Shown here one piece after another: positions 59,801 to 64,000 of a stretch of DNA of 64,000 nt. The number at the start of each line of letters is the position of its first letter. The stretch's first letter is position 1. This DNA comes from Bugula neritina. Taxonomy: Eukaryota; Animalia; Bryozoa. The notes under the pieces are model-generated. The model did not search any database. It was not told the origin of the DNA and was given only the letters and a program-made list of their open reading frames with translations. Made by a program: the position numbers and the translations under genes. The stretch is taken from positions 15,233,675-15,297,674 of the forward strand of contig OZ037768.1 in assembly GCA_964035545.1 (NCBI GenBank), in the 5' to 3' direction.

Positions 59801-62800
59801 GTGCCCAAAGATACTAAAAAGTACCTAAAGGTGCCTAAATTTGCTAAAAGTGCCCAAATGTGCTGGAAAGTGCCTAAAGTGCCTAAATGTGCTAAAGAGT
59901 GCCTAAATGTGCCTAAATGTGCCTAAATGTGCTAACAGTGCCTAAATGTGCTAAAAGTGACCAAATGTGCTGGAAAGTGCCCAAATGTGCTAAAAAGTGC
60001 CCAAATGTGCTGGAAAGTGCCTAAAACTGCCTGATTGTGCTAAACAGTGCCTAAATGTGCCTAGATATCCTAAAAGTCCCTTAATGTGCTGAAAAGTGCC
60101 AAATGTGCTAAAAAGTGCCCAAATGTGCCTAAATGTGCTAAAAGTGCCTAAATGTGCTAAAAAGTGCTAAATGTGCTAAAAGCGCCAAAATGTGCTGAAA
60201 AGTGCCTAAATGTGCCTAAATGTGCTAAAAGTGCCTTAACAAGCTAAAAAGGGCCTAAATGTGCTAAAAAGTGCCCAAAGGTGCTAAAAAGTGCCTAAAT
60301 GTGCCTAAATGTGCTTAAAAGTGCCCAAATGTGCTAAAAAGTGCCCAAATGTGCTGGAAAGTGCCTAGAAGTACCTAAATGTGCTGAACAGTGCCTAAAT
60401 GTGCCTAAATGTGCTAAAAGTGCCTTAATGTGCTGAAAAGTGCCCAAATGTGCTAAAAAGTGCCCAAATGTGCTGGAAAGTGCATAAAACTGCCTGATTG
60501 TGCTAAACAGTGCCTAAATGTGCCTAGATGTGCTAAAAGTCCCTTATTGTGCTGAAAAGTGCCAAATGTGCTAAAAAGTGCCCAAATGTGCCTAAATGTG
60601 CTAAAGTGCCTAAATGTGCTAAAAAGTGCTAAATGTGCTAAAAGCGCCAAAATGTGCTGGAAAGTGCCTAAAACTGCCTGATTGTGCTAAACAGTGCCTA
60701 AATATGCTAAAAGTGCCTAAACGTGCTAAAAAAGGCCTAAATGTGCTAAAAAGTGCCCGAAGGTGCTGAAAAGTGTCTAAATGTGCCTAAATGTGCTTAA
60801 AAGTGCCCAAATGTGCTAAAAAGTGCCTAAATGTGCTAAAAGTGCCCAAATGTGCTGGAAAGTGCCTAAAAGTACCTAAATGTGCTGAACAGTGCCTAAA
60901 TGTGCCCAAATGTGCTAAAAGTGCCTAAATGTGCTGAAAAATGCCCAAATATGCTAAAAAGTGCCTAAACGTGGTAAAACGTGCCCAAATGTGCCTAAAT
61001 CTGCTAAAAGCGCCTAAACGTGCCTAAATGTGCTAAAAGTGCCTAAATGTGCTGAAAATCGCCTAAATTTGCTAAAAAGTGTCTAAATATGCTAAAGGTG
61101 CCCAAATGTGCTGGTAAGTGCCTAAAAATGCCTAATTGTGCTAAACAGTGCCTAAATTTGCCTAAATGTGCTAAAAGTGCCCAAATGTGCTAAAAGTGCC
61201 CAAATGTGCTGGAAAGTGCCTAAAAGTGCCTAAATGTGCTAAAAATGGCCTAAAAGTGCATAAATGTGCTAAAAAGTCCCTAAATGTGCCTAAATGTGCT
61301 AAAAGTGCCTAAATGTGCTCAAAGTGCCTAAATGTGCTGAAAAGAGCCCAAATGTGCTAAAAAGTGGCTAAATGTGCCCAAATGTGCTGAAAGTGCCTAA
61401 ATCTCCTAAGAAGTGTCTAAATGTGCTAAAAAGTGCCTAAATGTGCTAAAAGCGCCTAAATGTGCTGAAAAGTGCCCAAATGTGCTGGAAAGTGCCTAAA
61501 ACTGCCTGATTGTGCTAAACAGTGCCTAAATGTGCCTAGATGTGCTAAAAGTCCCTTAATGTGCTGAAAAGTGCCCAAATGTGCTAAAAAGTGCCCAAAT
61601 GTGCCTAAATGTGCTGAAAGTGCCTAAATGTGCTAAAAAGTGCCCAAATGTGCTAAAAGCGCCTAAATGTGCTGAAAAGTGCCAAATGTGCTGAAAAGTG
61701 CCTAAATGTGCCTAAATGTGCTAAAAGTGCCTAAATGTGCTAAAACGTGCCTAAATGTGCTAAAAAGTGCCCAAAGATACTAAAAAGTACCTAAAGGTGC
61801 CTAAATTTGCTAAAAGTGCCCAAATGTGCTGGAAAGTGCCTAAAGTGCCTAAATGTGCTAAAGAGTGCCTAAATGTGCCTAAATGTGCTAACAGTGCCTA
61901 AATGTGCTAAAAGTGCCCAAATGTGCTGGAAAGTGCCTAAAGTGCCTAAATGTGCTAAACCGTGCCTAAATGTGCCTAAATGTGCTAAAAGTTCCTTAAT
62001 GTGCTGAAAAGTGCCCAAATGGGCTAAAAAGTGCCCAAATGTGCCTAAATGTGCTGAAAGTGCCCAAATGTGCTAAAAATGCCCAAATGTGCTGGAAAGT
62101 GCCTAAAAGTGCCTAAAAGTGCCTAAATGTGCTAAACAGTGCCTAAATGTGCCTAAATGTGCTAAAAGTGCATCAATGGGCTGAAAAGTACCCAAATGTG
62201 CTAAAAAGTGTCTAAATGTGCTAAAAAGTGGCTAAATGTGCCTAAATGTGCTAAAAGTGCCCAAATGTGCTGGAAAGTGCCTAAAAATGCCTAAATGTGC
62301 TAAACAGTGCCTAAATGTGCCCAAATGTGCTAAAAAGTGCCTGAATGTGCCTAAATGTGCTGAAAGTGCCTAAATGTGCTAAAAAGTGCCTAAATGTGCT
62401 GAAAAATGCCTAAATGTGCTAAAAGTGCCTTAAAGTGCTTAAAAGTGCCCAAATGTGCTAAAAAGTGCCCAAATGTGCCTAAATGTGCTGAAAGTGCCTA
62501 AATGAGCCAAAAGTGCCCAAATGTGCTAAAAAGTGCCCAAATGTGCCTAAATGTGCTGAAAGTGCCTAAATGTTCTAAAAGTGCCCAAATGTGCTGGAAA
62601 GTGCTTAAAAGTACCTAAATGTGCTGAACAGTGCCTAAATTTGCTCAAATGTGCTAAAAAGTGCCTAAATGTGCTAAAAGCGCCTAAATGTGCTGAAAAG
62701 TGCCCAAATGTGCTAAAAAGTGCCTAAAAGTGATTAATTGCGCTAAACAGTGCCTAAATGTGCCTAAATGTGATAAAAGTGACTAATTGTGCTAAAAAGT

Positions 62801-64000
62801 GCCCAAATGTTCTAAAAGCGCCAAAATGTGCTACAAAAATGCCTAAAACTGCCTGATTGTGCTAAAAAGTGCCTAAAGGTGCCTAAATGTGCTAAAAGTG
62901 CCTAAACGTGCTAAAAAGGGCCTAAATGTGCTAAAAAGTGCCCAAAGGTGCTAAAAGCGCCAAAATGTGCTGGAAAGTGCCTAAAACTGCCTGATTGTGC
63001 TAAACAGTGCCTAAATGTGCTAAAAGCGCCTAAATGTGCTGAAAAGTGCCCAAATGTGCTAAAAAGTGCCTAAATGTGCTAAAAGTGCGCAAATGTGCTG
63101 GAAAGTGCCTAAAAGTGCCTAATTGCGCTAAACAGTGCCTAAATGTGATAAAAGTGACTAAATGTGCTAAAAAGTACCCAAATGTGCTAAAAGCGCAAAA
63201 ATGTGCTACAAAAATGCCTAAAACTGCCTGATTGTGCTAAACAGTGCCTAAAGGTGCCTAAATGTGCTAAAAGTGCCTAAACGTGCTAAAAAGGGCCTAA
63301 ATGTGCTAAAAAGTGCCCAAATGTGCTAAAAATGCCCAAATGTGCTGGAAAGTGCCTAAATGTGCTGAACAGTGCCTAAATGTGCCTAAATGTGCTAAAA
63401 GTGCATCAATGGGCTGAAAAGTACCCAAATGTGCTAAAAAGTGCCTGAATGTGCCTAAATGTGCTGAAAGTGCCTAAATGTGCTAAAAAGTGCCCAAATG
63501 TGCTAAAAGCGCCTAAATGTGCTGAAAAGTACCCAAATGTGCTGAAAAGTGCCTAAATGTGCCTAAATGTGCTAAAAGTGCCTAAATGTGCTAAAACGTG
63601 CCTAAATGTGCTAAAAAGTGCCCAAAGATACTAAAAAGTACCTAAAGGTGCCTAAATTTGCTAAAAGTGCCCAAATGTGCTGGAAAGTGCCTAAAGTGCC
63701 TAAATGTGCTAAAGAGTGCCTAAATGTGCCTAAATGTGCCTAAATGTGCTAACAGTGCCTAAATGTGCTAAAAGTGCCCAAATGTGCTGGAAAGTGCCTA
63801 AAGTGCCTAAATGTGCTAAACCGTGGATAAATGTGCCTAAACGTGCTAAAAGTTCCTTAATGTGCTAAACAGTGCCTAAATGTGCCTAAATGTGCTAAAA
63901 GTGCATCAATGGGCTGAAAAGTACCCAAATGTGCTAAAAAGTGCCTAAATGTGCCTAAATGTGCTGAAAGTGCCTAAATGTGCTAAAAAGTCCCTAAATG
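53181..64000 (+). repeat. Satellite B: 9-11-bp monomers AAATGTGCCT / AAATGTGCTA(A) / AAAAGTGCC(T/C), ~19-21-bp dimer
   Basis: Directly visible continuous array with frequent A-tract length changes and one orientation. It runs off the right edge. Confidence 0.98.
54035..64000 (+). repeat. ~5.56-kb higher-order repeat of satellite B (~54035-59595; second copy 59596 to window end)
   Basis: Marker offsets 5561 (54051/59612, 54671/60232), 5560 (55491/61051, 55841/61401), 5470 (57261/62731) and 5460 (58161/63621, 58441/63901). Confidence 0.88.

Noticed and set aside
60453-63231. Short ORFs in satellite B (60453-60650 minus; 63046-63231 plus) and plus-strand ORFs at 33509, 40236 and 50985
   Set aside because: Low-complexity translations of the repeats, arising from chance gaps in stop codons.
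53181-64000. Telomeric repeat array
   Set aside because: No G-rich strand with GGG-type telomerase repeat, and the monomers are heterogeneous with HOR structure. A subtelomeric location cannot be excluded.

Overview
This window has no convincing genes. It is eukaryote-style satellite DNA (heterochromatin or centromere-like), and the organism cannot be named from the sequence. Bases 1-53180 are satellite A, a single-orientation array of 10-bp monomers alternating ATACTGCAAC and ATACTGAAAT types (about 20-bp dimers). It is organised into nested, overlapping higher-order repeats (HORs) of 9187, 8910, about 6.7-6.85 kb, 1.57 kb and 1.22 kb, which become more diverged towards the right. Satellite A keeps an almost perfect 10-bp register, except at a recurrent degenerate island (17 copies) that shifts the phase by 5-6 bp each time. 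At 49117-49872 it is interrupted by a clean 756-bp non-autonomous DNA transposon with CACAG...CTGTG termini, 19-bp perfect (22/23) terminal inverted repeats (TIRs) and a 3-bp ATA target-site duplication (TSD), i.e. CMC/CACTA-like. At 53180/53181 the array switches abruptly to satellite B (AAATGTGCCT / AAATGTGCTAAAAAGTGCCT, 9-11-bp monomers, about 5.56-kb HOR), which resembles a transition-derived relative of satellite A. The many minus-strand ORFs in the supplied track are artefacts of a stop-free repeat strand. Repeat boundaries were estimated by eye and from ORF-track offsets, so they are approximate to tens of bp.
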